Sequence record: KR296690.1
Source: Salmonella phage 36
DNA length: 40,920 bases
Strand: one strand, 5' to 3'
Part shown: positions 1 through 10,375 of the stretch, one piece after another
Layout of the letters: each line of letters begins with the position of its first letter
Numbering within the stretch: the stretch's first letter is position 1
The notes under the pieces: generated by a model
What the model was told of the DNA's origin: nothing
The model's database searches: none
The model's input: the letters and a program-made list of their open reading frames with translations, nothing else
Made by a program: the position numbers and the translations under genes

Positions 1-159
1 GGCACTTATGAGCTAATCATTGATGAAGATCGCGTAATCCTGGCAGATGACGATAACCAGGAATATTACGAAGTCGAAGCCGACAAATGGGATAACGATG
101 TTATGTTTCTTGTTGACAATAGCCGCATCAAGTTTTATGCAGTGGAGGAAGAAGAATGA
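1..159 (+). CDS. hypothetical protein, 5' truncated by window edge (GTYELIIDEDRVILADDDNQ...FYAVEEEE*)
   Basis: Frame 1 open from base 1 to TGA 157-159; overlaps the next ATG at 156 (ATGA). Confidence 0.55.
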   Translation, partial: GTYELIIDEDRVILADDDNQEYYEVEADKWDNDVMFLVDNSRIKFYAVEEEE

Positions 160-407
160 TCACAATTAACCTATCAGAAGAACAAGCGAAATCATTATTG
201 CGCGGCCTGGGCTGGCGAATGGGTAGCGGTAGCGAGGCGGTTGTAAACATCAAAGAGGAAGTAGCAAAAGAGCTTTTTGTACAGCTTGAGCATAAACTGA
301 TGCCAGCTTCAACAAGCGCGGCGGAGTTGGCAGTGTGGCGGCATGAAAACGGCCTTAATGAAATGGATGTTGAGAAGTGGAAGCGTAAAAACGAGGTGAT
401 GCAATGA
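156..407 (+). CDS. hypothetical protein (83 aa)
   Basis: ORF with preceding GGAGG-like RBS, ATGA overlap with upstream gene. Confidence 0.6.
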   Translation: MITINLSEEQAKSLLRGLGWRMGSGSEAVVNIKEEVAKELFVQLEHKLMPASTSAAELAVWRHENGLNEMDVEKWKRKNEVMQ

Positions 408-706
408 TTTATATTCATAGTTACGGCGTTGGTAAGTTTGGCAATAAGCAGATCAGAAACATTCACGACACGCTCGATGAAGCAATGGCACAGCAACGCG
501 TTTTAGGTGGAGTTGTTCAGGCGTTTGAATCGGTAGAAAATATAGGCATTGAGCGCTATCACATCGAACAAGTTTTGTTGAGCGAAGTTTCAGAGTTGAT
601 CGACAACATGACAAATCATTCCCCTGGTTCGCCGTGGGAGGAACCTGGTTCGCCAGCGTGGGATTGTGCAAAGGTTGATACAATCAATCTGTTTCAAAAA
701 TCATAA
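404..706 (+). CDS. hypothetical protein (100 aa)
   Basis: ORF, ATGA overlap with upstream gene. Confidence 0.55.
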   Translation: MIYIHSYGVGKFGNKQIRNIHDTLDEAMAQQRVLGGVVQAFESVENIGIERYHIEQVLLSEVSELIDNMTNHSPGSPWEEPGSPAWDCAKVDTINLFQKS

Positions 707-739
707 ACGGAAATTTTGAAGAAATCGAATAGCTTTTAA

Positions 740-774
740 AGCGCCTCAATCGCATTCTAAGAGGCGCTAATTTT
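740..774 (+). terminator. putative Rho-independent terminator
   Basis: AGCGCCTC ... GAGGCGCT dyad followed by AATTTT. Confidence 0.45.
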
Positions 775-788
775 GGAAAGGTGATTGT

Positions 789-917
789 ATGCCTAACTAC
801 ATAAAACCGTCGCAGTGTTGCGCACAGAAGCAAGAGGAAGCGTTAGAGCGCAGCGACACTGACACAGCATTGCACTACTTTGAAATGTACCAACTTTGGA
901 AATCAAGAGGACTGTAA
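789..917 (+). CDS. small hypothetical protein (42 aa, MPNYIKPSQCCAQKQEEALERSDTDTALHYFEMYQLWKSRGL)
   Basis: Short ORF ending 1 nt before the next ATG. Confidence 0.4.
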   Translation: MPNYIKPSQCCAQKQEEALERSDTDTALHYFEMYQLWKSRGL

Positions 918-918
918 A

Positions 919-1146
919 ATGTTTGGACTTAATGAGGCTGAATACAACATTGTTAAACGTGCTGCAAAAGAGTGCATGAAGGATCTGAAAGTCGAAGTGA
1001 CAAGCGGCAACAAATATGATCATATTGCGGCTGGAATTATCACCAAACATCACACGCCGATTTCAACGCTAATCACGCGCACAAAGTTTGTATGGCTTGC
1101 TGGCTATATTGCTGGTCGATGGGGCAAGCCTGGCGAGTATGAATAA
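919..1146 (+). CDS. hypothetical protein (MFGLNEAEYNIVKRAAKECMKDLKV...)
   Basis: ORF; the ATG at 919 is a better start than 880. Confidence 0.55.
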   Translation: MFGLNEAEYNIVKRAAKECMKDLKVEVTSGNKYDHIAAGIITKHHTPISTLITRTKFVWLAGYIAGRWGKPGEYE

Positions 1147-1329
1147 TAGCCAGTTGGTTCAAGTAAGGTTGACGGCGTGATTTCTGATTGGTAGATTAAA
1201 CGCCGTGAACATAAGATGTGTTTTCACACAACGCGTGGCGCGATAGCCACAAAACCAAATCGGGCAGGGAGAGCGCAACGCGCCCCGATGCCAGCGGGAA
1301 CCGTAACCCGCATCATTCAGGAGAAGAAA

Positions 1330-1491
1330 ATGAGCAATAAAGAAATTGCAAAGGTTACAATCATTGTTGAGCGTGACGGCAAGAAAACGCGATACAAAAA
1401 GCGCTTTGCAAAAGGCGAGGCGGTATTAGGCCGGATCGGTGATTTCATGGTGAAATTGCAAGAGGATAAGCCGGATGGTGTTCAAAGTTAA
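1330..1491 (+). CDS. hypothetical protein (MSNKEIAKVTIIVERDGKKTRYKKRF...)
   Basis: ORF with AGGAG 5' of the ATG; the longer 1216 start reads through a structured region. Confidence 0.5.
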   Translation: MSNKEIAKVTIIVERDGKKTRYKKRFAKGEAVLGRIGDFMVKLQEDKPDGVQS

Positions 1492-1657
1492 GTTAACTAT
1501 CAGGCGCATGGGTCGCAATTGCGGATCATGCAAGCAGGATTTTGAATGCGAGGTTGCAGCATTTGACGAACATCACGCCGTCAACCTTGCAAAGCGTTTA
1601 TCTGGTGCTAACCCTGAAACGCACCAATTTTCAATCAATTATGTGAGGGCTATATAA
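1475..1657 (+). CDS. hypothetical protein (60 aa)
   Basis: ORF overlapping the upstream gene end. Confidence 0.45.
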   Translation: MVFKVKLTIRRMGRNCGSCKQDFECEVAAFDEHHAVNLAKRLSGANPETHQFSINYVRAI

Positions 1658-1904
1658 TGCTGATGTTTATTGCATGGTTTTGGTTTTGTGCGCTGTATTT
1701 GCTTTTTTGTTTATCTTTGCGTTTCCTGGGGTGTTCGTGCTTGCGTAAGAGATAACGAACTGGTTATTGCCGTATACAAAAACAAAAGCGATGTTTGGGA
1801 AATTACACGAAATTACGAAAAGATTGCTGATGAAATTGCATTTCGTCGCAAGTTTGGCAAGCCTGGAAGCATCAAGTATATTGATTGATGCAACGCCAAA
1901 AGAT

Positions 1905-1927
1905 AACCCGCCTTGCGCGGGTTTTTG
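1905..1927 (+). terminator. Rho-independent terminator
   Basis: AACCCGC CTTGC GCGGGTTTTTG. Confidence 0.7.
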
Positions 1928-1951
1928 TTGTGTCTGCAATTTAGCTATAAT
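1925..1951 (+). promoter_or_regulatory. possible sigma70-like promoter upstream of the packaging genes
   Basis: TTGTTG - 15 nt - TATAAT; spacer is short for a canonical promoter. Confidence 0.35.
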
Positions 1952-1976
1952 CACGCCTCAACAGGAGGATTTTATT

Positions 1977-2499
1977 ATGGCTAAAAAAACAGAAGCGCCA
2001 GCGGCGGAAGTCTAAACTTTAAAAAGTTATGGAATAAGCGATATTCCGATCTGGTAGGTAGTGAGATTGATAAACGCGCAACGCTAACGCCGGAACAAGT
2101 CATGAACCTGATTGTTCAGTATTTTGAGTGGGCGGAGCTAAACGCCATTAAAGCAGGTGAAACGGCATCCTTTCAGGGGCGAGTGTATCAGGACACGATT
2201 CACAAGCCGCGTATTTTTACATGGGAAGGGTTAAAGCTGTTTTGCGGTTTTTCCGGCACAGCATTAGCAAAGTGGAAACTCAAGCCAGGCTATGATGTTG
2301 TTATTGAGTTTGCAGAATCGGTAATCAAAGAACAAAAATACCAGTAGCTGCAAACGGAATGATTAACAGCACCATGATCGCAAAAGGGCTTGGCATTGAT
2401 AAAGGCGACACGTTCAATATTAGCGCCAACGCCAAAGAGCAAGACAATACAGAAGAAGCGATGAAAAACGCAGTCGCAAGCGTCCTAAGCAAGATTTAA
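1977..2499 (+). CDS. terminase small subunit, P22 gp3-like (broken by frame changes near 2015 and 2345)
   Basis: Reassembled product contains YFEWAELNAIKAGETASFQGRVYQDTIHKPRIFTWEGLKLFCGF...ESVIKEQKYQ + VAANGMINSTMIAKGLGIDKGD, resembling P22 gp3-type DNA-packaging proteins; directly precedes TerL; RBS AGGAGG. Confidence 0.75.
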
Positions 2500-2510
2500 A
2501 GGTGAATGCT

Positions 2511-4079
2511 ATGTTGATTTGGGAAGATTTAACAAAACTTGAAAAGCTGGCTATTAAGGAATTAAGCACACACGATTTTGATACTTTCGTTAAAATCTGG
2601 TTCCCGATCCAGCAGGGCGAAAAATGGATTCCTAACTGGCATCACCTTTATATTGCAAGGGCAATTGATGAAATTATTGAAGGTGTGCGCAAAGATACCA
2701 TTTTTAACGTAACGCCAGGTTCAGGCAAAACAGAATTGCTTTCGATACACTTTCCGCCTTATTCATATCTAAAATTGAACAAGGTGCGAAATCTGAATAT
2801 TTCGTTTGCTGATACACTGGTTAAACGTAACAGCAAGCGTGTGCGCGATCTGGTTAACTCGCGAGAATGGCAAGAGCTTTACCCCGCAAAAACTGGTACA
2901 AGCAAAGATGATGAATTCCAGATCCTTAATGACGCTGGCAAAGTTCGCCTGGAAATGATTAGTAAATCAATGGGCGGTCAGATTACTGGTAGCCGTGGCG
3001 GGTACATTACGCCTGGCGTTTATTCCGGTTGCGTAACGCTTGACGATCCAGAAAAGCCGGATGATATGTTTTCGAAGGTGAAGCGTGAGCGCGGTCAAAT
3101 GATCGCAAAGAACACTATTCGATCACGTCGCGCACATTCAGAAACGCCTATTATCGTTATTCAGCAGCGTCTACACGCGCAGGATATGACATGGTTTCTG
3201 ATGAATGGCGGAATGGGTATTGAATTTGATCAGATATCAATTCCGGCGATGGTTACAGAGGAATACGGGAAATCGCTTCCTGATTGGTTGCAACCTCACT
3301 TTGAAAAGGATGTGCTTTCGTCTGAATACATCGTTATTGACGGCGTTAAGTATTATTCTTTTGGCCTAGCAAGGAAAGCATTCATGACCTGAAAGCGCTA
3401 CGCGATGCGGATTTATACACGTTCCTTTCTCAGTATCAGCAAGAGCCAATTGCTCTTGGCGGTAACGCAATTAACGTTGGATGGTTCCAGTATTACGGAA
3501 CCGGAGAAAAATCAACGATGCCAAAACCGGATCGCTTTGATTATACGTTTATTACGGCTGATACCGCTCAAAAAGAAGGAGAGCTAAACGACTACAGCGT
3601 TTTATGTTATTGGGGCATGTTCAAAGGCCGCATATATTTTATTGACGGTGTGCGCGGCAAATGGGAAGCGCCAATGTTAGAAACGCAGTTTAAAGCGTTT
3701 GTTAAGCAGTGCTGGAACCGTAACAAAGAATGCGGAAACTTGCGTAAAATTTACGTGGAAGATAAAGCGAGCGGCACAGGTTTGATCCAGAATTGCCGCA
3801 AAGCATTTCCGATAGAAATTACGCCAGTGCAACGCGATAAAGACAAAGTAACGCGCTGCATGGACGCACAGCCAGTGATCAAGAATGGTTATGTTGTATT
3901 GCCTGAATCGCATCACATGCTTGCTGAATTTCTGGCAGAGGCGGCGGCATTCACTTATGATGATAGCCACCCTCATGATGATATTATGGATACCTTTTGA
4001 TGCGGTTAATATTGAGCTTAACCTTGCTGATAATGCGGTTGATAGAATGAAGCGTTTAGCTGGATTAGCGAAGCGTTAA
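2511..4079 (+). CDS. terL: terminase large subunit (broken near 3385 and 3995)
   Basis: Walker-A-like TPGSGKTE, DDPEKP acidic site, C-terminal nuclease block FITADTAQKEG...DVKD-like region and DDIMD; frames 2502-3392, 3518-4000 and 3885-4079 join into one protein. Confidence 0.93.
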
Positions 4080-4090
4080 TGTGTAAAATC

Positions 4091-4118
4091 AAAGGCTGGA
4101 ATATTCCGGCCTTTTTTA
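4091..4118 (+). terminator. putative Rho-independent terminator
   Basis: GGCTGGAATATTCCGGCC followed by TTTTTT. Confidence 0.45.
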
Positions 4119-4132
4119 TTATGGGGGTATTT

Positions 4133-5428
4133 ATGAGCGACAAGGTAAAGGCCATTACTAAAGAAGATGGTTACAATGAAATTTTCGGATCTAAAGATGG
4201 AACGTTTAGGCCAAATGCTTTTTACATGCAAAGTGCGGCATTTAAAACGTTATCGCAATTTTATGAAGAAGATGGAATGGCGCGGCGCATTGTCGATGTA
4301 TTCCAAGAGAATGGTAACGCCTGGTTTTAAAGTTGACGGCGTGAAAAATGAAAAGGCTTTTTAAATCGCGTTGGGATGAATTGCGATTAAACGCTAAAAT
4401 TATTGATGCACTTTCATGGTCGCGTTTATTTGGCGGTTCTGCAATTCTTGCCGTTGTTGCTGATAACAGAATGTTGAAATCACCTGTTAAGCCTGGCGCA
4501 CAACTTGAAGATATTCGCGTATATGATCGCTATCAGATCACCATTCAGGAACGTGAAACTAACGCGCGGAGTGTTCGTTACGGCGAGCCAAAACTTTATA
4601 AGATCTCACCTGGCGGAGACATACCTGAATTCTTTGTTCATTACTCGCGTATTTGCATCATTGATGGTGAGCGCGTATCGAATGAAAAAACGCCGTCAAA
4701 ATGATGGTTGGGGTGCAAGCATTTTAAACAAGCGTTTGATTGAGGCGATTGTTGATTATAACTATTGCCAGGAATTAGCAACGCAATTGCTACGCCGAAA
4801 ACAACAAGCAGTATGGAAAGCGCGTGATCTGGCTTTGATGTGCGACGATGAAGAAGGGCGCTATGCGGCGCGTTTACGTTTGGCTCAGGTTGATGACGAA
4901 AGCGGAGTTGGTAAGGCGATTGGTATTGATGCCACCGATGAAGAATATGAGGTGCTTAATTCTGACGTTTCAGGCGTTCCAGAGTTCTTACAGGAAAAGA
5001 TTGATCGCATTGTTGCCCTAACTGGCATTCATGAAATCATCCTCAAAAATAAGAACACTGGCGGCGTTTCAGCGAGTCAAAACACGGCGCTAGAGACTTT
5101 CTATAAGTTGATTGATCGAAAGCGCGGAGAGGATTACAAGCCGATTCTTGAATTCCTTTTGCCGTTCATGATCGCGGAAACGGAATGGTCTATTGAATTC
5201 GAACCGTTAAGCGTTCCGAGCGATAAGGACAAAGCTGAAATTATGGCTAAGAACGTTGAATCTGTTGTAAAATTGAAAGCTGAACAGGCTATTGATCTCA
5301 AAGAAACAAGAGACACTTTGCGATCCATTTGTCCAGATCTTAAAATCAGGGACAATGACAACATTGAATTGCCAGAGCCTGAAGATTTAGATCCAGAGCC
5401 AGGGCAAGAGGGAGGATTGAATAAATGA
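4133..5428 (+). CDS. portal protein, DUF1073-type (broken near 4315, 4360 and 4700)
   Basis: Follows TerL; FYMQSAAFKTLSQFYEEDGMARRIVDVF, SWSRLFGGSAIL and GVSASQNTALETFYKLIDRKRGEDYKPIL are typical of this portal family. Confidence 0.85.
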
Positions 5429-6095
5429 TGTTTCCCGATATGACAGAGAGCGACGTTGAAAAGGCGCTTAATGATCTGGCGGTTGATATCACTGAAAACA
5501 ATGCTGATGTAGAGGCGGCAATTGCCGCCTTTATGTTGCTGGTTTACGGATTCGCCGTTAGTGCATACAAATACCACACTCGCCAATTTATCAGAATGGC
5601 AAAGCAAACAGGAGGCGCAAATAATCGATCCGTTATCCTTCTGATTGGTGGCGTTTACGGAAATATGAATGACGTTGGTTCAATTCAAAATACATAACCT
5701 GGCGTTCACTTATTGAGGCATCCGTAAGGAAATTTGCGTATAATGTGCTTGATGATTGGGAAGTACAACAGCGTTTGAATGAGTTACGCGAGCAAGCAGA
5801 AACAAGAGCACAGATCCGAAAACGCCTAAGAAAATATAAGGCGTGGGCTAAAAATAGGGCGTCTGGTTTTGTTGGTTCGTGGTATTCCGTGTTAATGTAT
5901 CAACGCGTAGTTGATGCCGGAGTTACCCATTATATTTGGCGCACTCAGGAAGATAACAGGGTTAGACCTGAACACGCGAAATTGGACATGAAACGGATCT
6001 CATTGGCAATAAAGCACATATTCCCAGGGCAAGAATATAATTGTCGCTGTTGGGCGCAACCGGATTGGGAAACAGAGCAAGAGGTATATTTATGA
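5425..6095 (+). CDS. head morphogenesis / minor head protein, SPP1 gp7-like (frame change near 5685-5740)
   Basis: C-terminal YIWRTQEDNRVRPEHAKLD...HIFPGQEYNCRCWAQPD is a typical phage Mu F/SPP1 gp7 domain signature. Confidence 0.8.
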
Positions 6096-6697
6096 AGAAG
6101 GTGCAACGTTTTGATAGTGTCAGAGTAAAGGCGCATTTTGATGAACATGGGTTCTTAGTGGATCGGCCTATTGTGGCGCGAATTGGTTTGCAGATTTATC
6201 AAACGCCATACGGAGAGCGCCGAGAATTCAGGCCAGCAAGCGAAGTGTTTAAAGCTGATAGCCTGGCGACTTACGCAGGGAAACCGATCACAGTAGGTCA
6301 CGTCACTGTAACGCCTGAAAACGCCGAGAAGGTTGTTGTTGGATCGTGTTCCGGCGCTGGCATTCCAAATGGTGTGGGCGTTGAAGCGCCGTTAAACATT
6401 TACGCAAAACGAGCAATCGAAAGCGCAAAGAAAAAGCAAACGGCTGAAATTAGCGTTGGTTATACGTCGATTGATATTGATAAGCCTGGTTATGGTTCTA
6501 ATGAAACTGGTGAATACATCTTTGAAGAAGATCTAAAAGAAGATGAACAGCCGCCGGAAGGATGGGTAAAATTTGATGCGCTGCAAACAAGTATTAGCGT
6601 TAACCATATTGCGTTAGTGTTTAAGGGTCGCGCTGGCATTGCAAAATTGAATCTTGATAGCGAGCAAGAATTCCCGTATGATATCGACGTAAATTAA
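6092..6697 (+). CDS. DUF2213-like head protein, possible maturation protease or scaffold-associated
   Basis: MKKVQRFDSVRVKAHFDEHGFLVDRPIVARIGLQIY...; position between minor head and capsid genes; PGYGSNETGEYIFEE motif. Confidence 0.65.
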   Translation: MKKVQRFDSVRVKAHFDEHGFLVDRPIVARIGLQIYQTPYGERREFRPASEVFKADSLATYAGKPITVGHVTVTPENAEKVVVGSCSGAGIPNGVGVEAPLNIYAKRAIESAKKKQTAEISVGYTSIDIDKPGYGSNETGEYIFEEDLKEDEQPPEGWVKFDALQTSISVNHIALVFKGRAGIAKLNLDSEQEFPYDIDVN

Positions 6698-6714
6698 ATA
6701 AAGAGGACGAAGTT

Positions 6715-7200
6715 ATGACCGTTAAAATTAAACTTGATGGTGCTGTTGAATTTGACGTACCAAAAGAAGTTGCTACTTTTATCGAAACCGTGAAAGCAGA
6801 CGCTACAGCGGCAAAAACTAAAGCCGATAGCCTGGAAGCAGAGCGCGATGCGCTACAGGCGAAAGTTGACGGCATTCCGGCACAGATTGAAGAAGCCGTG
6901 AAAAAAGCAAAAGCTGACGCTGATGAACATGCCGCGCTGGTCGCTACCGCTTCCGAAGTTGGCGTAAAATGCGACGGACTAACCGCCAAAGAAATTAAGA
7001 TCGAATATGTGAAAGAGGTCATGGGTAATGATATTAGCGCAAAGGCTGATGCATATATTGATACCGCTTTTGATATCGCGAAAGAATCTGATAAAATGGC
7101 GGCTCAACGTATCGCATTAAAAGGCGATGCAGCAAAAAACAAACAGGATGAAGCGGAAACAGTTCTTGATCCTTCCGCACGTCTGAATAAAGCTAAGTAA
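6715..7200 (+). CDS. putative scaffolding-like coiled-coil protein
   Basis: Ala/Lys-rich heptad region (VKADATAAKTKADSLEAERDALQAKV) upstream of the capsid gene. Confidence 0.45.
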   Translation: MTVKIKLDGAVEFDVPKEVATFIETVKADATAAKTKADSLEAERDALQAKVDGIPAQIEEAVKKAKADADEHAALVATASEVGVKCDGLTAKEIKIEYVKEVMGNDISAKADAYIDTAFDIAKESDKMAAQRIALKGDAAKNKQDEAETVLDPSARLNKAK

Positions 7201-7212
7201 GGAGAAAATATT

Positions 7213-7686
7213 ATGGCTCAGATTTCAGCAAGTTATCATGTTGCAATGGCTCGCGCCTTGCCTGGTCAAGTTTCTGACACTTCCGCGTATAACATCGACG
7301 GCGCTTGTGTTCTGGAAGAAGGCGACATTCTGGTTGGCGTTGCCGTTCAGGTAAAATCAGTTGATCCGATGGGGCACAAGGTCATGAAGCCTATGGCTGG
7401 CGGCGGCACTCCTTACGGCGTTGCAATCCGTTCCCATTTCCAGACCACATCTAAAGATGGTCGCATGGTTTATGAGGCTGGCGGCGGTCTTAACGTGATG
7501 ACTACCGGACGCGTTTGGATGGTGTCAGAAGATACTCAGGCGCAAACTTTCGGCGCACCTGTTAAGCTAACTGAACAGGGCGTTGTTAAGTCTGATGGTA
7601 CTGTTGTTACCGGATGGACTTACACCGGAGATTACACAACGTTTGGCGATCTCAAACTGTCAGAGGTGCAATTGCATCAACTCTAA
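7213..7686 (+). CDS. capsid cement/decoration-like protein (paralog 1)
   Basis: Small beta-rich protein in head cluster; PYGVAIRSHFQTT... shared with the next ORF. Confidence 0.55.
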   Translation: MAQISASYHVAMARALPGQVSDTSAYNIDGACVLEEGDILVGVAVQVKSVDPMGHKVMKPMAGGGTPYGVAIRSHFQTTSKDGRMVYEAGGGLNVMTTGRVWMVSEDTQAQTFGAPVKLTEQGVVKSDGTVVTGWTYTGDYTTFGDLKLSEVQLHQL

Positions 7687-7700
7687 TTAATAAGTAAAAT

Positions 7701-7731
7701 AAAAGCCGTTCTTTTTGAGCGGCTTTTTTAT
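7701..7731 (+). terminator. Rho-independent terminator
   Basis: AAAAGCCG ... CGGCTTTTTTA. Confidence 0.7.
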
Positions 7732-7747
7732 TATTGGAGATTAGATT

Positions 7748-8532
7748 ATGGCTGATTATGCAAACATTATTGGAGTTCAAGCGCCAGGCGCATTAGGTGA
7801 TTCAAGTCTTTACAATATTGATGGTTGTTGCTTTACGGCTGATGATCACGATGGTGTATTGGTTGGCAAAATTGTAACAGTTAAGTCGGTCACTGATGGG
7901 TATAAAGAAATCACGGATGTGTTTTCCGCTAATACACTAGCTTACGGCGTTGCTTTCCGCACTCATATTAATACAAATATGGATGATGAAGGTTACATGA
8001 TTTACCTTCCTGGCGATCCGATTAATGTTATTTCAAAGGGTCGAGCATGGGTATTAAGTCAGACCGTTGACATGCAACCTAATTTCGGTGATCCGGTAAA
8101 GGTTGGCGCTGATGGATTCGCGGTAAAGGACGGTTTTGAAATCGCTGGCTGGCATTATACAGGCGGCTGGCAAAAGTGGAATTCACTGTTTTATATTGTT
8201 GAGATCCAGATTAATCAAAGTGCGCCATATATTCACGCAGGTGAAAGAAAACTTGTTCGCGGGGCAGTTCTTGAACCTAATTTGCCTAGCCCACAAGCGC
8301 CAAATAAGGTTGTCACAATTACCGTTGAAGTTGCGCCAAAAGATGCAGACGATAAAACAGGTAGTTGGCATGTTTATAATGATCAGTGTGAAATTATACC
8401 GATCAGCGATACGCAAGCGCGTTTATCAACTAAAACGATGGCCCAAATGATGTGCATGTTACTTGGGTTGCAAATGACGGCGGCGGCACTCAGGCAATGA
8501 TTGAATATACTTTCATCAACGCCGTACCATAA
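7748..8532 (+). CDS. capsid cement/decoration-like protein (paralog 2) with C-terminal Ig-like extension (frame change near 8438)
   Basis: N-terminal part parallels 7213-7686; frame-corrected C-terminus ends ...NDVHVTWVANDGGGTQAMIEYTFINAVP*. Confidence 0.55.
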
Positions 8533-8539
8533 AAAACAC

Positions 8540-8567
8540 TTGAACGTTTAACAAAAAATGCTATATT
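8540..8567 (+). promoter_or_regulatory. sigma70-like promoter upstream of the capsid gene
   Basis: TTGAAC - 16 nt - TATATT. Confidence 0.5.
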
Positions 8568-8591
8568 AAAGCCGTTATTATGACGGCTTTT
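8568..8591 (+). terminator. Rho-independent terminator
   Basis: AAAGCCGTTATTATGACGGCTTTT. Confidence 0.6.
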
Positions 8592-8608
8592 CTATGAGGG
8601 AAAATATT

Positions 8609-9582
8609 ATGTCTAAAGAAATGAAATATGATGAATTTGAAGCAAACGTGATCGCCAACCACATGCAGTTACGCGGCGCTAAAAACGACGCATCTGATAT
8701 GGGTATTTGGACGGCTCAAGAGCTTCATAAAATTAAGGCTCAAGCCTATGAAAAAGAATATCCGGCAGGTTCCGCACTGCGTGTATTCCCTGTACGTCCG
8801 AGCTTTCTGATACAGATAAAACTTTTGAATATCAGACTTTCAACAAAGTAGGCCACGCAAAAATCATCGCTGATTACACTGATGATCTGCCAACTGTTGA
8901 CGCGCTGATGACTTCTGAATTCGGTAAAGTGTTCCGCCTGGGTAATGCGTTCCTGATTTCCATTGACGAAATCAAAGCAGGTCAACGCACTGGCAAGAGC
9001 CTTTCCACTCGCAAGGCCAACGCCGCACAGAATGCGCATGATCAGCTTGTAAACCACCTGGTTTTCAAAGGCTCTAAACCGCATAAAATTATCAGCGTGT
9101 TTGATCATCCAAACCTGACAACTATCAACTCCGCAGGTTGGAACAACGCCGCAGGTACTGGTAAAAAGCCGGAAACCGCACAGGATGAATTAGAGCAAGC
9201 GATTGAAAAAATCGAAACGCTGACTAACGGGCAGCACCGCGCTAATATGATCCTGATTCCGCCGTCAATGCGTAAAGTTCTTATGGTTCGTATGCCGGAA
9301 ACCACCATGAGCTATCTTGATTATTTCAAGCAGCAGAATGGCGGTATCACTATCGAATCCATTTCCGAGCTTGAAGATATCGACGGCGCAGGGACTAAAG
9401 CGGCGCTGGTTTACGAAAAAGATCCGATGAACATGAGCATTGAGATTCCAGAAGCGTTTAACATGCTGACCGCGCAACCTAAAGACCTGCATTTCAAAGT
9501 GCCTTGCACCTCTAAATGTACTGGTCTGACAATTTACCGTCCGTTGACGCTGGTTCTGATTAAAGGTCTTGTTAGCGACTGA
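8609..9582 (+). CDS. major capsid protein, DUF2184-like (frame change near 8800)
   Basis: Joined product ...FEYQTFNKVGHAKIIADYTDDLPTVDALMTSEFGKVFRLGNAFLISIDEIKAGQRTGKSLSTRKANAAQNAHDQLVNHLVFKG...; position in head cluster; strong flanking signals. Confidence 0.85.
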
Positions 9583-9598
9583 TAATTAGATTAATATA

Positions 9599-9628
9599 GG
9601 GAACCGTTAAAAGGTTCCCTTTTTTATT
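9599..9628 (+). terminator. Rho-independent terminator
   Basis: GGGAACCGTTAAAAGGTTCCCTTTTTT. Confidence 0.75.
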
Positions 9629-9643
9629 TCTGGAGAAAAACAA

Positions 9644-9916
9644 ATGGCTAAAGAAAAAGAAGTTACATTGGTAAACACTGGCGTTGCACTGATTATTATT
9701 GATCGCGTTGACGTTATGCCAGGTAAAGAAATTACCGTTGCGGAAAGCGTGTTAGAGCGGCAGGGTACAAAATCACTGGTTGCACAGGGCAAGCTAACCG
9801 TAAAAGATAACAGCGATCTAAACGATAAGATCATTGAAGCGTTCAACGAAAAACGCAAGCCAAACCCAACCGAAGGCAAAAGCAAAGCACAGCTTGAGGA
9901 CGGCGGCGAGTATTAA
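9644..9916 (+). CDS. hypothetical head-tail region protein
   Basis: ORF with RBS, located between capsid and connector genes. Confidence 0.6.
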   Translation: MAKEKEVTLVNTGVALIIIDRVDVMPGKEITVAESVLERQGTKSLVAQGKLTVKDNSDLNDKIIEAFNEKRKPNPTEGKSKAQLEDGGEY

Positions 9917-9920
9917 TTAG

Positions 9921-9949
9921 AAAGGGCGCTCATGTAGCGCCTTTTTTAT
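9921..9949 (+). terminator. Rho-independent terminator
   Basis: AAGGGCGCT CATGT AGCGCCTTTTTT. Confidence 0.7.
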
Positions 9950-9964
9950 TATGGAGAATACACC

Positions 9965-10375
9965 ATGAATGATATTGAGATCCTAGAGCAAATTTATAAA
10001 ATCGCGCCAGCATTTAAGAAAGTTGATCCTGAATTAATTCAGGCATGGATTGAACTGGCTAAAGATTTTGTTTGCGAAAAGCATTTCAAAGACAAATATT
10101 TCCGCGCTGTTGCTCTTTACACTTTGCACCTGATGACTCTTGACGGAGCTATGAAACAGGAAAGTGAGAGTGTAGAAAGCTACTCGCATCGTATAGCGTC
10201 ATTTTCCCTGACTGGTGAGTTTTCGCAGACGTTCAGCAAAGTTAGCGACGACACAAGCGGTAACACGTTGCGACAAACGCCGTGGGGTAAAATGTACGAA
10301 GTTCTCAATAAGAAAAAGGTGGCGGCTTTGGCCTTACAACTGCCTTTCATCGGAGGTGCTCACGATGAATTATGA
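9965..10375 (+). CDS. head completion/connector protein, DUF4054-like
   Basis: [18 protein letters not shown]...GEFSQTFS...[19 protein letters not shown] is typical; position. Confidence 0.65.
   Translation: MNDIEILEQIYKIAPAFKKVDPELIQAWIELAKDFVCEKHFKDKYFRAVALYTLHLMTLDGAMKQESESVESYSHRIASFSLTGEFSQTFSKVSDDTSGNTLRQTPWGKMYEVLNKKKVAALALQLPFIGGAHDEL

Noticed and set aside
1148-1206. tRNA-like words (CCAGTTGGTTCAAG)
   Set aside because: No acceptor stem, anticodon stem or T-arm could be paired around them; treated as structured non-coding RNA candidate only.
1767-2015. ORF 1767-2015 as an 82-aa gene
   Set aside because: It reads through a terminator and promoter region; only the last bases (MAKKTEAPAAEV) belong to a real gene start at 1977.
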